IMG/VR virus record: IMGVR_UViG_3300035670_007294
Location: 1 to 54,258 of that record
DNA from: a virus
Taxonomy: Duplodnaviria; Caudoviricetes
DNA: 54,258 bases
Reading direction: 5' to 3' (one strand)
Part shown: positions 9,828-20,318 of the stretch, piece by piece
Numbering within the stretch: position 1 is the stretch's first letter
Layout: every line of letters begins with the position of its first letter
Made by a program: the position numbers and the translations under genes
Notes under the pieces: model-generated
What the model was told of the DNA's origin: nothing
The model's database searches: none
What the model saw: the letters and a program-made list of their open reading frames with translations, nothing else

Positions 9828-10601
9828 CTATGTGAATACAGGGAAATGTTGTCTGAATTTAATTATACAATTTCCATTCACTTGTATATTGTTAACACCT
9901 TGTTTTAATCTCAACCAATTCTTATTAAAATTACTATATCTATTTACTACATCCCCTTCACTAGTTACGATTATCCTTTTTTGATTATCTACGTAAATTG
10001 TTTCATTATATAATAAATTATCAAATTTTAAATTATTATTGTTATCACTTAAATTAATTAATTCAAAACTAGTATCTGTACCCAATAATTCAACTTCTAT
10101 TTCAGGATAAAAATATTCCATAATATTAGAACCGTTAGTCATTTGAATAGTTGTAGGAGTTGGAGTAGACGTTAAATCAAATGTTTGCATAGTATCTGTT
10201 GTCCAAGCAAATCCATCCCTACATCTAAAACTTATTGGTATATAACCTTGTTCTAATCCATTTGTTATAAAATCTGCTTTATTATTCGCAATCACATAAT
10301 ACATTTTATCTTCATCATGCTCTGCAATAAAAGGCTTATATTCTGTTTTAAATAACCATTGTGCTAAATCGTATAATTTTTGTTTAGTCATTCCATCCTC
10401 AGAAGATATAACTATATCAAATTGCAAAGGTTGAAATTTTATACCATAAAAAAATGGATACAATGATTTATTAGGATGATTTTCTAAAATATCTTTGCTT
10501 GATGCATAAGGAACTGTAATCATTCCTGATTCTAATCTTGATAAATAAACTCCCATAGAATCACTTGATATACCATCAAATGTAAATTTTGTACCTATCA
10601 T
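9828..10601 (-). CDS. Distal tail protein (Dit, YomH-like)
   Basis: FTFDGISSDSMGV at the N-terminus and FNKNWLRLKQGVNNIQV at the C-terminus. Located between tape measure and Tal. Confidence 0.85.
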   Translation of the reverse strand: MIGTKFTFDGISSDSMGVYLSRLESGMITVPYASSKDILENHPNKSLYPFFYGIKFQPLQFDIVISSEDGMTKQKLYDLAQWLFKTEYKPFIAEHDEDKMYYVIANNKADFITNGLEQGYIPISFRCRDGFAWTTDTMQTFDLTSTPTPTTIQMTNGSNIMEYFYPEIEVELLGTDTSFELINLSDNNNNLKFDNLLYNETIYVDNQKRIIVTSEGDVVNRYSNFNKNWLRLKQGVNNIQVNGNCIIKFRQHFPVFT

Positions 10602-10645
10602 ATTTTATGTCACTTCCTTTCTTATTTATAAAATAAAAAGTAAAA

Positions 10646-10715
10646 ATGTATTGTATTAATATATTAAATATATTATAATCATAATACATTATAGATTATA
10701 ATTAATACAATACAT
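10646..10715 (-). terminator. Long AT-rich hairpin after the tape measure gene; putative terminator or processing site
   Basis: 15-bp perfect arms ATGTATTGTATTAAT (10646-10660) and ATTAATACAATACAT (10701-10715), followed by a T-rich run on the minus strand. Confidence 0.55.
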
Positions 10716-10720
10716 ATATG

Positions 10721-13700
10721 TTACCATCCTCTTTTTTTTAAATTTTCTTTGATATCAGATAAAATACTTTTACCTGCATCTGTAATTTTACTAATTACAT
10801 TACTACCATCAACACCATTTAATATAATACTTAAATTCATACCACTTGTATTTGTTGCAACTGGCTGTACAGTTGTTGGTTTTGTTGTTTGTTTTAACAT
10901 ACTATTTACTAAGCTAGTAAAACTCATATTTTTTGGTACTAAATCAGTACTGCTTTTAGTTCCAGTTTGAAAAATACTTTTTGTACTAGGCATAGAATCA
11001 GTACTTGATGTTGTAGTAGAACTACCTGTTTTAGCAACATACCCTATAAGATTTTCAAAACCCCATTGATTAGCATCTCTTAATGCTTTAGCTTGTGCAG
11101 ATATTTCTTTCATTTTTGCATCTGCTCCTTGTGAAAGTTTTTCTCCTGGAGATAAGCTATTTAATTTATTATACTGAGCTTGTAACTTACCTATTTCTTC
11201 CTTATCTAATTCAGATTGGGATGGTTTATTACCTCCTGTAGCTAATAATGTCTCTATATTTTGTCCACTTGCTAATCTACTTTTTGGCATTACTAATGAA
11301 TCTTTTTGACTTTCTTCTAGTTTTAACAATGCATCTGTTGCCTCTTTAATTGATTTTGTTATTTCATCTACATTTGTTTTCATTGATGTTGTTTTAGTAT
11401 CAAAAGCATTTGCGTATCCTTCAAATACCCCATAGAATGTTTTTGTATTATCTCCTAATATTTTAAATAATTCTGGAAATTCTTTAGATATTTCATCAAA
11501 TGATTGTTTTGCTAATGCACTACTAGACATAGATGCTATTTTTTCATTATTAAATTTTTCATCTAATTGTTTCTTTTCATCATCAACAAGATTTTGTTTA
11601 GTTTGAAGATTATTTTGTAAATCTTCTTTTTGTGCATTCCTACTATCCTTAATTCTATTTTCTTCTATACTTTCTAATTCTTTTGCTAAGTCTTCTTCTA
11701 ATTTTTTACGTTTAGCTATACCTGATAAAGAAGTGTCACGTGCTAGTGCATCAATTTTAGATTGGATTTGTTGAACATTTTTTACTTCTTTTTCTTGCCT
11801 ACGTTTTTTATCCTCTAATCCCCATTCTCTTTCTTTTTCGGCTATTTTTTCATCTGTTGCTTTCTTAACGGCTTCAACTTCATCATCTAATGCTTTCTTG
11901 CGTAATTCTAGACCTTTATTTATAATATTTCTGATTTCTTGTTCGCCTTTTTCAACTTGTTCTTTATATGTCTTTTGAAATTCTTCTACTGTTTTTTTCA
12001 TAGAGTCCCCAACACCATTAACTGAATCTCTAAGATTATGCCAATCAGTTATTAAATTAGGGATTTCTACTCCTGTAAGTTTAGACCAATCTTCAAATTT
12101 TTTGATAATATCTTCTAATTGTTTTTTTACAGGCTCATAAACTTCTGGGTTTCCTAAATTATCAGCTTGAAATTGGTTGTATTCATTAGCTAACCTTGCA
12201 ATAACATCTTGAACATTAGACATTTTCATTCCATCATTAATACTATTGGCTATGTTTTTTTCATCTAAAATACCTTCGAATTTTAAATTTAAAGGTTGAC
12301 CTCTAAATTTTAAATCTTTTATTTCATTAAACATAGTAGCTCTATCAGTACGTTTCATGTCAGTTTTTCCAGCAATTAACATTTGTTTTTCTTTTAATAA
12401 ATCTATTTGCTCCTGATAAATATTTACAGTTTTTTGCTCATCATCTTTATATACTTTTAATAATGCATCTTGTCTAGACAATAAGGCTTCGATTTCTGAT
12501 AGTTTACTTTCCATTTGAGAATATCTATCAATTATAAATTTATCTAAAACAATACCTATGTTTTTTATTATTGCTTCTTTTTCGCTCCATTTTGCTTTAT
12601 CATCAGGCAACTCTTTTGCTCCAATATCCATAAATCTGGTAGATATGTCTTTGAATTTCTCATAATCTTTTTTAGCTAATGCTTGAGCGTCAGCATCTTT
12701 TATCTTATTTAATTGTTCTACCATTTGTTTATCTAATACATCAAGATTAGATATTTTCATCCCATCATTAATTCTATTGGCAATATCATTAGGGTCTACA
12801 ATACCTTCAAATTTTACATCAATGGCTTGTCCTTGAAATTTCATGCCTTTTATGTCCTTATATAAATCAGCTCTTTCAGTTCTTTCTATTGTTGCTTTTT
12901 TAGCTATTACTTTTTGTTCTTGTTTTAATAATTCTATTTTTTGTTTATATAATTCAAGAAGTTTTTCTTCATTACCAACACTTCTTTTAGCTACTGCTTC
13001 ATTTTCAGATAATAATCCTTGTAGTATTTCTAATTCACTATTAATTTGGACATATCTATCATACATAAATGATTCTGGTGTTTTTGCTTCTTTAGTTTTA
13101 TCTTTATCTTTTTTAGAATCATCTGTGGGTACTTTAGTTACTTGAGCAGATATTTTACTAGATGAGGTATCTACTTCATTTTTCAATTGTTTAGCTACAC
13201 GTAAATCAGCTTCAAGTTGTTTTAATCCTGCATCTGTTGTTACAGCCTCAATCCCCATTGCCATAGGGTCTTTTTTTTTATCATATTTTTTAGTAGCATC
13301 TTTACCAAATAATGATGATTTTGACATAAACATATTTGCTGTATCTGCTAAATCATTAAATGATTTTTGCATAGCAATTTTATTATCAGATATAGTTTTT
13401 AACATTATTTTTCTTTGAGCTATAGCGTTTTCAAGAGTAGCTATTGTATTACCTTCTTCATAACCTTTCCAATCTTTACCCATTATTTTAAGAACATCTT
13501 CTTGTATTTTGATTTTAATATTCTCAATATTTCTAAAACTATTAGCATCAGCTTGATATACTTTACTTATCTCATTTTTTAATGCAATATTTTTTTTTAA
13601 TACTTCTTGATAAAATTCATCATTTAATTCTAATTTACGACCAATAGATTTTTCTAATTCAGGAATTTCATCTCCTCTAATTTTTTTAATTTCTTTTAAT

Positions 13701-16700
13701 AATGCTTGTTCATCTCCCAGCATTGATAAAAGTTGAGGATATTGAAAAATTAAATCTTTTAATGTGCTCGCTGATAATGTTTTATTTTTTATGACTTCTT
13801 GTTCAGCATTATTCATTTTATCAATAACTGATAATGAAGCATCATATGCTTTTGTAGCATCTTCTAATTGTTGTTTCCATATAGCATCATATTTAGAATT
13901 ATCTTCTTGAACACCATTTAATTCCTTTAATGTTTTTATAAATTTTTCTATATTGCCTGTATTTATTTTACCTTCACCAATTTTTATAATTTTTTTAGTC
14001 ATTTGGTCTGGATTCAATGATTCATCCGATAAAATTTTAATCATATCATTAGCAAATTTTTGAGTTTCTTTTATTATTTGCTCTTTGCCTTTTGAACCAA
14101 TATCTTTTACATAAAATTTTTCCATAAGTGAACTAAATATATTTTCTTTACCTTCTGGTATTTTATTTAAATCTTCTAAACCTGTTCTAACACCATCTTT
14201 TATTTCATTTAAAACATTTTCATAATCTTTATTTAGACCTTCTAATGCTTTAAGATATGTTTGTAATGATTCAGTTGCCGATTTCATCATTATGTCTGTA
14301 GGTTTATCATTTCCCATCAAATCTATGATATCTTTGCCAGCCATTGATTTTATTTCAAAATCAATAGGTATTGTATTTTTACCTAAAGTTAATTGGTCTA
14401 TCATAGCTTGTACTGTTTTTATATCATCTGTTATGCTTAATGTGCTTCTAGACTCTTGAGCTGTTTTATAAGCAGGAGATTTTAATATTGTTCTTCCTTC
14501 TTTAGTTTGTGCTAAATCTTCTTTTTGTTTAATATCTTCAAATGCTGTTGTTATTTTTTTATCTTGCTTTTCTGCTTTTAATGCTTTTATTTTTTTGATA
14601 TTATCATCATAACTTCCAGTTAATAAATCAATTTCTCTAGCTTCTGCTCCAAATTCTGCAATTAAATTTCTTTGCATTTTTCTTAAATTATCTCTTACTT
14701 CTACACTTTCATTTATAGACTTTGCATTATCTTTATAGTAGGATTGTGCATCAGCCAACATATCAATAGACTGTTGTTGTTGTTGCTTCATTTCTTCATG
14801 TTCACGCTTAGCTTCTTCACGTTTCATTTTTGAGTAATTAAGATACATCATAATACCTGTTACAACTAATCCAATAATTGGAAGTAAATTAGCGTATGCA
14901 AACTTTAATGCAGTTACTGCTAATGTTTGTGCTTTTGTTGCAATAATTTGTAGTAATGTTTGAGTTCTTAATACACCCATAGCTGTTGTAACTGATTTTA
15001 TACCAGTAATAGAAGATAATGCAAATAATTTCATTCCATCAATAGCATATAATATTTTTATGTAAATAGTATCAAAAATTGATTTAATTTGTGTTAAATA
15101 TACCATACTTAATATTGTTCCTGTGGCTATCAATACAGTATTTAAACTTCCAAATAAATTAACTAATACTGTTAACGTTGATATTAATCCTTTAAATATA
15201 ACAGAACCATTAAAAAAATTATACCATACTCCTTCTACTGTAGCTTTTAATATTTTCATTTTACCGTCTAAACTTTCAACTTGCTTTTGATTTTCTTTCA
15301 TAGCAGAACCACTACTATTTATAGCTTTATTGCTTGATGATACTGCAATATCAAAATTTTCAATTAAACCTATTAATTTTGAATAATGATGTGTTCCACC
15401 AATATCAAAAGCTAATCTTTGTTTATCTCTTGAACTTAAATCATCCCATTTATCTACAATATCTTTTAAAATATCATCAAATGACCTAAACTCTTCGGAT
15501 GTTTTTCTTATACCAATACCAAAATCACTTAATGTCTGTTCTGCTTTTGACATATCTAGTTCTTCTGTTCCAACTCTTGATAAACGAGATATTATACTTT
15601 TTAATGCAGTACCTACCTCAGAACCTGTTGCTCCTGTAGCAGATGCCATTGCAGTTGTATAACCTATTAATTCCTCCATTTTAATACCTGCTTGATTTGC
15701 CGCAGCACCTACTGTTTCTATAGATGAAGCTAAATCTTGAGCTGTTACACGGTAATTATTTTGGACTTCATTAAATGAGTCTAATATACTTTCTGCATCT
15801 GACATATCTTTTTTAAATGCTAAAATAGATATACTTAATGCTTTAGCTCCTTCTGATGCAGACATCCCAGTTACATTACTTGTCATTACAGCTACTCTTG
15901 AGAAAGCTATTAACTCTTCTGGATTTAAATCTCTATAACTTCTTCCAATTTCAGCAAAAGAATTCATTATTTCTACAGATGATTTACCTAATTCTTTACC
16001 TAATGCAATAGAGCTCTCTACTAATCCTTCCATTTGTTGTGTAGTAAAATTAGTAACTTTATTTAAATCTGTTAATGCCTTATCCATTTCAAATATGTAT
16101 TTTACTCCATCTTTCATAGCTTTAACTGCTTGCATTACCACTGTAGTTACACTCATCCATGCAGCAAAAGCAGGAACAGCTGATTTCATTTTATCTAGAA
16201 ATCCCATATCTTTTAAACTTAGTTTTCTTGTGCCTTGTTCTAATACTCCTATTGATTCAGCTAACCCATCAACATTCATAGTAAATTGTTTTATTTCATT
16301 TCCTTTTCTAGCCGTAAATTGTTGGCTTATTATGTTTCTTTCAACATCTCCAACTCTTTTCATTTGCTCTGTTAATCTACCATATCCGACAGTCCATCCA
16401 GGCAACGTTTCTCTTACAAATGCATCTGCTTTTTGTTTTATTGTATTTACATCAATATCTACTAATCCTCTACCTATTTTATTCATGCTTGCAAATACAC
16501 TATCTAAATTTTGACCACTTACTCCTCTTATTTCTTGATGAAGTCTTTTAAAATTATTAGTATAATCAGCTAAAGCTTGATTGCTTGCTTGTATTTGGGT
16601 ATCAAATTTAGCATTTTGACTTAATAATTTTAATTGATTATTGATATCTCTTATTACAGGTTCAGTATTTTTACCTGATACTCCAATACTATTAATTGAT

Positions 16701-17479
16701 TGACTAATGTTTTTATACATAGTATTTAAAGTAGAATCATCTCCACCTTTAAAAGCCATAGAATAAGTATTTTTTATATTACTAAGTTTTTCTCGTAAAG
16801 TATCAACAGTACTTCCCATTTTTTTAGAATTTTCAATAATATCTGTTTGTACAGTTTGAAATGTTCTACCTACTACTTTTCCTGATTCATCTAATTGATA
16901 ATTCCAACGCATTGTTGCTTGAACAGACCTACCATAATCATCTGTAAATGTTGCTACGGCTTGTTTAACTTTATTAATATTATCTGCTTTAATAGATTCA
17001 TCTAATACAGTTTTTAATTTACTAATCTTTCCTTCTGCTACACCTAATGTATCTGCAATAGATTTTTGTATGCTTCCTTTATCTACTTTTAAAACTTTAC
17101 CTTCATCCCAAACACTTGATATATTGGATACAGTACTTTGAACCATACCTTTAATTGCTTGTGTTTGTACTTGAACATCAGTTCCATCTACTTTAAGTTT
17201 TACTTTAATTGCTTCACTAATTTTAGAGTTTAATTGCTTTATTTGGTCATGGATATATCCTACTTTTGTATCAATTTTAAGTTTAACTTGTAATTTAGTA
17301 AATTCCATATCTTTAAACTTATTTAATTGTTCATTTATATCTGATTTACTAGCTTTAATTTGTAATGCTATTGATACGGTATTTTTTATTTTTGCCTCTA
17401 TGCCTTTAATCTGTTGTCTAAGTTCAGCTTCTGTTGCTTGTAAGGTTATACCTAAACCTAATCCAAATTGTTTAGCCAT
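10721..17479 (-). CDS. Tail tape measure protein
   Basis: 2252 aa, helical. TP901-type core (EMDKALTDLNKVT...ATGATGSEVGTALKSIISR) plus hydrophobic segments. Upstream of Dit. Confidence 0.93.
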   Translation of the reverse strand: MAKQFGLGLGITLQATEAELRQQIKGIEAKIKNTVSIALQIKASKSDINEQLNKFKDMEFTKLQVKLKIDTKVGYIHDQIKQLNSKISEAIKVKLKVDGTDVQVQTQAIKGMVQSTVSNISSVWDEGKVLKVDKGSIQKSIADTLGVAEGKISKLKTVLDESIKADNINKVKQAVATFTDDYGRSVQATMRWNYQLDESGKVVGRTFQTVQTDIIENSKKMGSTVDTLREKLSNIKNTYSMAFKGGDDSTLNTMYKNISQSINSIGVSGKNTEPVIRDINNQLKLLSQNAKFDTQIQASNQALADYTNNFKRLHQEIRGVSGQNLDSVFASMNKIGRGLVDIDVNTIKQKADAFVRETLPGWTVGYGRLTEQMKRVGDVERNIISQQFTARKGNEIKQFTMNVDGLAESIGVLEQGTRKLSLKDMGFLDKMKSAVPAFAAWMSVTTVVMQAVKAMKDGVKYIFEMDKALTDLNKVTNFTTQQMEGLVESSIALGKELGKSSVEIMNSFAEIGRSYRDLNPEELIAFSRVAVMTSNVTGMSASEGAKALSISILAFKKDMSDAESILDSFNEVQNNYRVTAQDLASSIETVGAAANQAGIKMEELIGYTTAMASATGATGSEVGTALKSIISRLSRVGTEELDMSKAEQTLSDFGIGIRKTSEEFRSFDDILKDIVDKWDDLSSRDKQRLAFDIGGTHHYSKLIGLIENFDIAVSSSNKAINSSGSAMKENQKQVESLDGKMKILKATVEGVWYNFFNGSVIFKGLISTLTVLVNLFGSLNTVLIATGTILSMVYLTQIKSIFDTIYIKILYAIDGMKLFALSSITGIKSVTTAMGVLRTQTLLQIIATKAQTLAVTALKFAYANLLPIIGLVVTGIMMYLNYSKMKREEAKREHEEMKQQQQQSIDMLADAQSYYKDNAKSINESVEVRDNLRKMQRNLIAEFGAEAREIDLLTGSYDDNIKKIKALKAEKQDKKITTAFEDIKQKEDLAQTKEGRTILKSPAYKTAQESRSTLSITDDIKTVQAMIDQLTLGKNTIPIDFEIKSMAGKDIIDLMGNDKPTDIMMKSATESLQTYLKALEGLNKDYENVLNEIKDGVRTGLEDLNKIPEGKENIFSSLMEKFYVKDIGSKGKEQIIKETQKFANDMIKILSDESLNPDQMTKKIIKIGEGKINTGNIEKFIKTLKELNGVQEDNSKYDAIWKQQLEDATKAYDASLSVIDKMNNAEQEVIKNKTLSASTLKDLIFQYPQLLSMLGDEQALLKEIKKIRGDEIPELEKSIGRKLELNDEFYQEVLKKNIALKNEISKVYQADANSFRNIENIKIKIQEDVLKIMGKDWKGYEEGNTIATLENAIAQRKIMLKTISDNKIAMQKSFNDLADTANMFMSKSSLFGKDATKKYDKKKDPMAMGIEAVTTDAGLKQLEADLRVAKQLKNEVDTSSSKISAQVTKVPTDDSKKDKDKTKEAKTPESFMYDRYVQINSELEILQGLLSENEAVAKRSVGNEEKLLELYKQKIELLKQEQKVIAKKATIERTERADLYKDIKGMKFQGQAIDVKFEGIVDPNDIANRINDGMKISNLDVLDKQMVEQLNKIKDADAQALAKKDYEKFKDISTRFMDIGAKELPDDKAKWSEKEAIIKNIGIVLDKFIIDRYSQMESKLSEIEALLSRQDALLKVYKDDEQKTVNIYQEQIDLLKEKQMLIAGKTDMKRTDRATMFNEIKDLKFRGQPLNLKFEGILDEKNIANSINDGMKMSNVQDVIARLANEYNQFQADNLGNPEVYEPVKKQLEDIIKKFEDWSKLTGVEIPNLITDWHNLRDSVNGVGDSMKKTVEEFQKTYKEQVEKGEQEIRNIINKGLELRKKALDDEVEAVKKATDEKIAEKEREWGLEDKKRRQEKEVKNVQQIQSKIDALARDTSLSGIAKRKKLEEDLAKELESIEENRIKDSRNAQKEDLQNNLQTKQNLVDDEKKQLDEKFNNEKIASMSSSALAKQSFDEISKEFPELFKILGDNTKTFYGVFEGYANAFDTKTTSMKTNVDEITKSIKEATDALLKLEESQKDSLVMPKSRLASGQNIETLLATGGNKPSQSELDKEEIGKLQAQYNKLNSLSPGEKLSQGADAKMKEISAQAKALRDANQWGFENLIGYVAKTGSSTTTSSTDSMPSTKSIFQTGTKSSTDLVPKNMSFTSLVNSMLKQTTKPTTVQPVATNTSGMNLSIILNGVDGSNVISKITDAGKSILSDIKENLKKRGW

Positions 17480-17598
17480 TTTTTACAACTCCCTCCTATA
17501 ATCTCTTTTACTTATTAATTCAGTCAACAATTTAACGCAAAATAAAATAGATTATTTAGGTGTTATCCTATCTGTTTATTATATTATAATCTCTTTTA

Positions 17599-18711
17599 TT
17601 ATTCAGTTTCATTTTTCATATTTGTATTTGTGCCAAATATATTGTTTTTCTCTTCTTCAAATGAACGTAAGTCATATATTGACGTAGTACTTATATCTGA
17701 ATGATGAGCTATATATTTACTTACGATGCTCATATCTACTCCATCTTGGAGTAAATGTGTAACACAGCTTGCTTTAAATAAATGAGGATTGATTCTTCTG
17801 CCTAATAATGGAGTTAATATATCCCTACAAAAACTATTAGCCCATCTCTTTGACATATGAGCAATACCTTCATGTGTTTTTACTGAAAATATATAATCAT
17901 GGTCATATCCTCTTTTTTCAACCCATAACTTCATATATTTTAATGCTTCAAAATTTATCATATATTTTAAAGGTTTACCATCTACAGATTTTCCTTTTCC
18001 TCTTACTGTATGACTAAGAACATAATTTTGTCCTTCTGGAATAGGATAGTTTAATATTTCAGTTTTAAATTGTACAAGCTCTGCTCTCCTGCCTCCTACA
18101 TTAAATGCAGTAGATACCCAAGCCAATCCTAAGTAGTGACCTTTTTTTTCTAAATATTCCATAATTATTTTATATTCTTCTTTAGTTATAAGAACTTTTT
18201 CATATACATTATTTTTAGCTACAGATGGCATCCCTCTTGTAAAATTCCTAAATTGCTTATATTCTTCTACATCATCCATTACAATATTTTCTATATAATT
18301 ACAAAAACTTGAACAAGCTGATTTTCTTAACTTAATAGCACTAGAAGATAATCCTCTTTCAGTCATTGAACTCATATAACCCATAAAATCACGTTTAGTA
18401 ATTTTATAAAATTTTTTATTTCTAAGAAATTCATATGTATAATAAAAGAATTGTTTTAAACAAGTAGTATATTGTAACCTTGTTTCTTTACTTAATTGAT
18501 TGTTTACACGTAGGAATTCTTCTACCAGTTGTCTATTTTCTTCATCTACTAAAAGCCACATTTCATCTGTTATTGGGTCTTTCTTATCTGCTGATTCTCT
18601 TAACATATTCTTCTTTATTTGTATGGTTTCTTCTTGTTGTACAACATCTTGTACAATGTTCTCATTTTCATTTTTAATTTCATCTTTTATTTCTTTTTTT
18701 TTCTTACCCAT
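17599..18711 (-). CDS. Tyrosine recombinase (YomM-like), second catalytic Arg position is Lys
   Basis: GGRRAEL, VRGKGK, PHLFKAS and AHHSDISTTSIY motifs, plus SAM-like N-domain (GLSSSAIKLRKSACSSF). GAGGGG RBS supports ATG 18711. Confidence 0.88.
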   Translation of the reverse strand: MGKKKKEIKDEIKNENENIVQDVVQQEETIQIKKNMLRESADKKDPITDEMWLLVDEENRQLVEEFLRVNNQLSKETRLQYTTCLKQFFYYTYEFLRNKKFYKITKRDFMGYMSSMTERGLSSSAIKLRKSACSSFCNYIENIVMDDVEEYKQFRNFTRGMPSVAKNNVYEKVLITKEEYKIIMEYLEKKGHYLGLAWVSTAFNVGGRRAELVQFKTEILNYPIPEGQNYVLSHTVRGKGKSVDGKPLKYMINFEALKYMKLWVEKRGYDHDYIFSVKTHEGIAHMSKRWANSFCRDILTPLLGRRINPHLFKASCVTHLLQDGVDMSIVSKYIAHHSDISTTSIYDLRSFEEEKNNIFGTNTNMKNETE

Positions 18712-18736
18712 AAAACCCCTCTTTTCTACATAGTAT

Positions 18737-19234
18737 TTATGCAATATTTACTATAAACCCATATCCTCCTGTTTTTATGTCTGTTATAAAAAAACTAGTA
18801 AATCCTTCTTTCATTAAAGCATTTTCTAATTTCTCTCTAAATCCTAATCCTTTTCTTGGAAATAATCCACCTGTTGTTCCATCCATTAACCATACAGGTA
18901 ATGATGTTCTTATATCATTACCATATATATCTGCATGGATATTCCATTTCCCTTGTGTTACCATTATAGTTGTTAAATAAGATGTATCTATTTCTATCCT
19001 AAATCCCATTCTTCTACTATTTGTAGCACCTAACATTCTAATTTTAGAACCTCTTACAGCATTTAAAAATTCACCTGTCCTATGATAATACATAGGAGAA
19101 TAAGCATTATATAAATACTGTTCTACATGATTCGACATATCAATTATTATACTATCTGCTAACAAAAGTAAGACCTCTAAATCACGTTGATTTAATAAAT
19201 CAAATACCTCTTTTGCAGTTTCTAATACCTTCAC
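18737..19234 (-). CDS. Putative tail/neck protein (YomN/HK97 gp10-like)
   Basis: YNAYSPMYYHRTGEFLNA motif. Position just upstream of the recombinase and tape measure, as in SPbeta-like phages. Confidence 0.5.
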   Translation of the reverse strand: MKVLETAKEVFDLLNQRDLEVLLLLADSIIIDMSNHVEQYLYNAYSPMYYHRTGEFLNAVRGSKIRMLGATNSRRMGFRIEIDTSYLTTIMVTQGKWNIHADIYGNDIRTSLPVWLMDGTTGGLFPRKGLGFREKLENALMKEGFTSFFITDIKTGGYGFIVNIA

Positions 19235-19404
19235 ATAATCACCTACCTTTTTTAAAAAAAATGACTTAATCTTTTTAATCTGAAATTTATAATCTAAAAT
19301 ATTATGTCTTTTAAGACGTTTATCTTATAAACAAATATAATTTATCAACTTAATATAAAAAACCATTCTACTGAACTCTCAAGTTATCATAGGATGGTCT
19401 AGTA

Positions 19405-19581
19405 CTACTTTTTTAATTCAATATTTTCTAAATATAATGTCTTTATAATTTCAACTAACTCTTCTGCTAATAAATGCTCTTGTAGTAATTTTAATTTATT
19501 ACCTATCTCTTTTTTATTATCCCCTAAAAATTCACTCATATTTGATATAGTGAAATTTATGAACTCTTTATTCTGGTTCAT
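19405..19581 (-). CDS. Small hypothetical protein (58 aa, not in ORF track)
   Basis: GAGGT RBS, ATG 19581, open frame MNQNKEFINFTISNMSEFLGDNKK...ENIELKK to TAG 19405. Confidence 0.5.
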   Translation of the reverse strand: MNQNKEFINFTISNMSEFLGDNKKEIGNKLKLLQEHLLAEELVEIIKTLYLENIELKK

Positions 19582-19633
19582 GTTTACCTCTTCTCTATAT
19601 ATCTATTTATAATTATATTTTATATTTTCATAT

Positions 19634-19671
19634 AATAATTAAACCTAATATAAATGTTAGGTTTAATTATT
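19634..19671. other. 15-bp perfect inverted repeat with 8-bp asymmetric spacer; candidate tyrosine-recombinase core site or hairpin
   Basis: AATAATTAAACCTAA-TATAAATG-TTAGGTTTAATTATT. Confidence 0.5.
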
Positions 19672-19698
19672 TATATGATGTTATATCATAATTTATTT

Positions 19699-20292
19699 CT
19701 ATTTTTGAGCTTCTGTTTCTATTGTATTTTTATCTACATCTTCATCTTTATTTTTACCACTTACATAATTAAATATTTCAGACACATTCTTATATTGTTC
19801 AGGGTCAATTTTCTCAAATTTCTTCTTAATATCATTTAACCATGTACCAATTTTCTTTGATGAAGGTAATCTTCCCATTACTTCACTTACTCCATTAGCA
19901 ATTATACCTTCAACTGTATTATAAAGTGCTATATCACTTTGTATTTTTTCTTCTAAATACATTTTTATAGTATCTATTTCAGACTTTGGTATACTTAAAA
20001 GAATAAATCCCATTATACCTGATGATTTTAACCAATCATATTCATCCACAATTTCATCTTCATCAAATTCTATATCAGTATAATTACTTACTAGCATCAA
20101 TTCTAATGTAAAATGCTTTTGTATTGGGTCTACATATTTTAATCCATTCCCATGTTGTGACACACATGATTTAATAAGATTTTCTACCATAACATGTTTC
20201 TCTATAAAAGGTAAATACTCTTTAATTTTTACAACACTTTTAATCTTTTCAATATCTTCTTCATAAACTACTTTTAATTCTAAAATATTCAT
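19699..20292 (-). CDS. Conserved phage protein, possible tail assembly chaperone
   Basis: IKEYLPFIEK...LVSNYTDIEF...YDWLKSSG pattern; acidic and helical; tail-module position. Confidence 0.45.
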   Translation of the reverse strand: MNILELKVVYEEDIEKIKSVVKIKEYLPFIEKHVMVENLIKSCVSQHGNGLKYVDPIQKHFTLELMLVSNYTDIEFDEDEIVDEYDWLKSSGIMGFILLSIPKSEIDTIKMYLEEKIQSDIALYNTVEGIIANGVSEVMGRLPSSKKIGTWLNDIKKKFEKIDPEQYKNVSEIFNYVSGKNKDEDVDKNTIETEAQK

Positions 20293-20318
20293 TTCCTATT
20301 CCCCCTTTTATTCAATTA

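Noticed and set aside
17599-18711. Lysogeny integrase marking a prophage boundary
   Set aside because: Phage structural genes continue on both sides; no att-adjacent host genes or repressor.
19240-20292. Programmed frameshift tail-chaperone pair
   Set aside because: No convincing slippery site with an overlapping downstream frame was found by eye; the 58-aa ORF has its own RBS.
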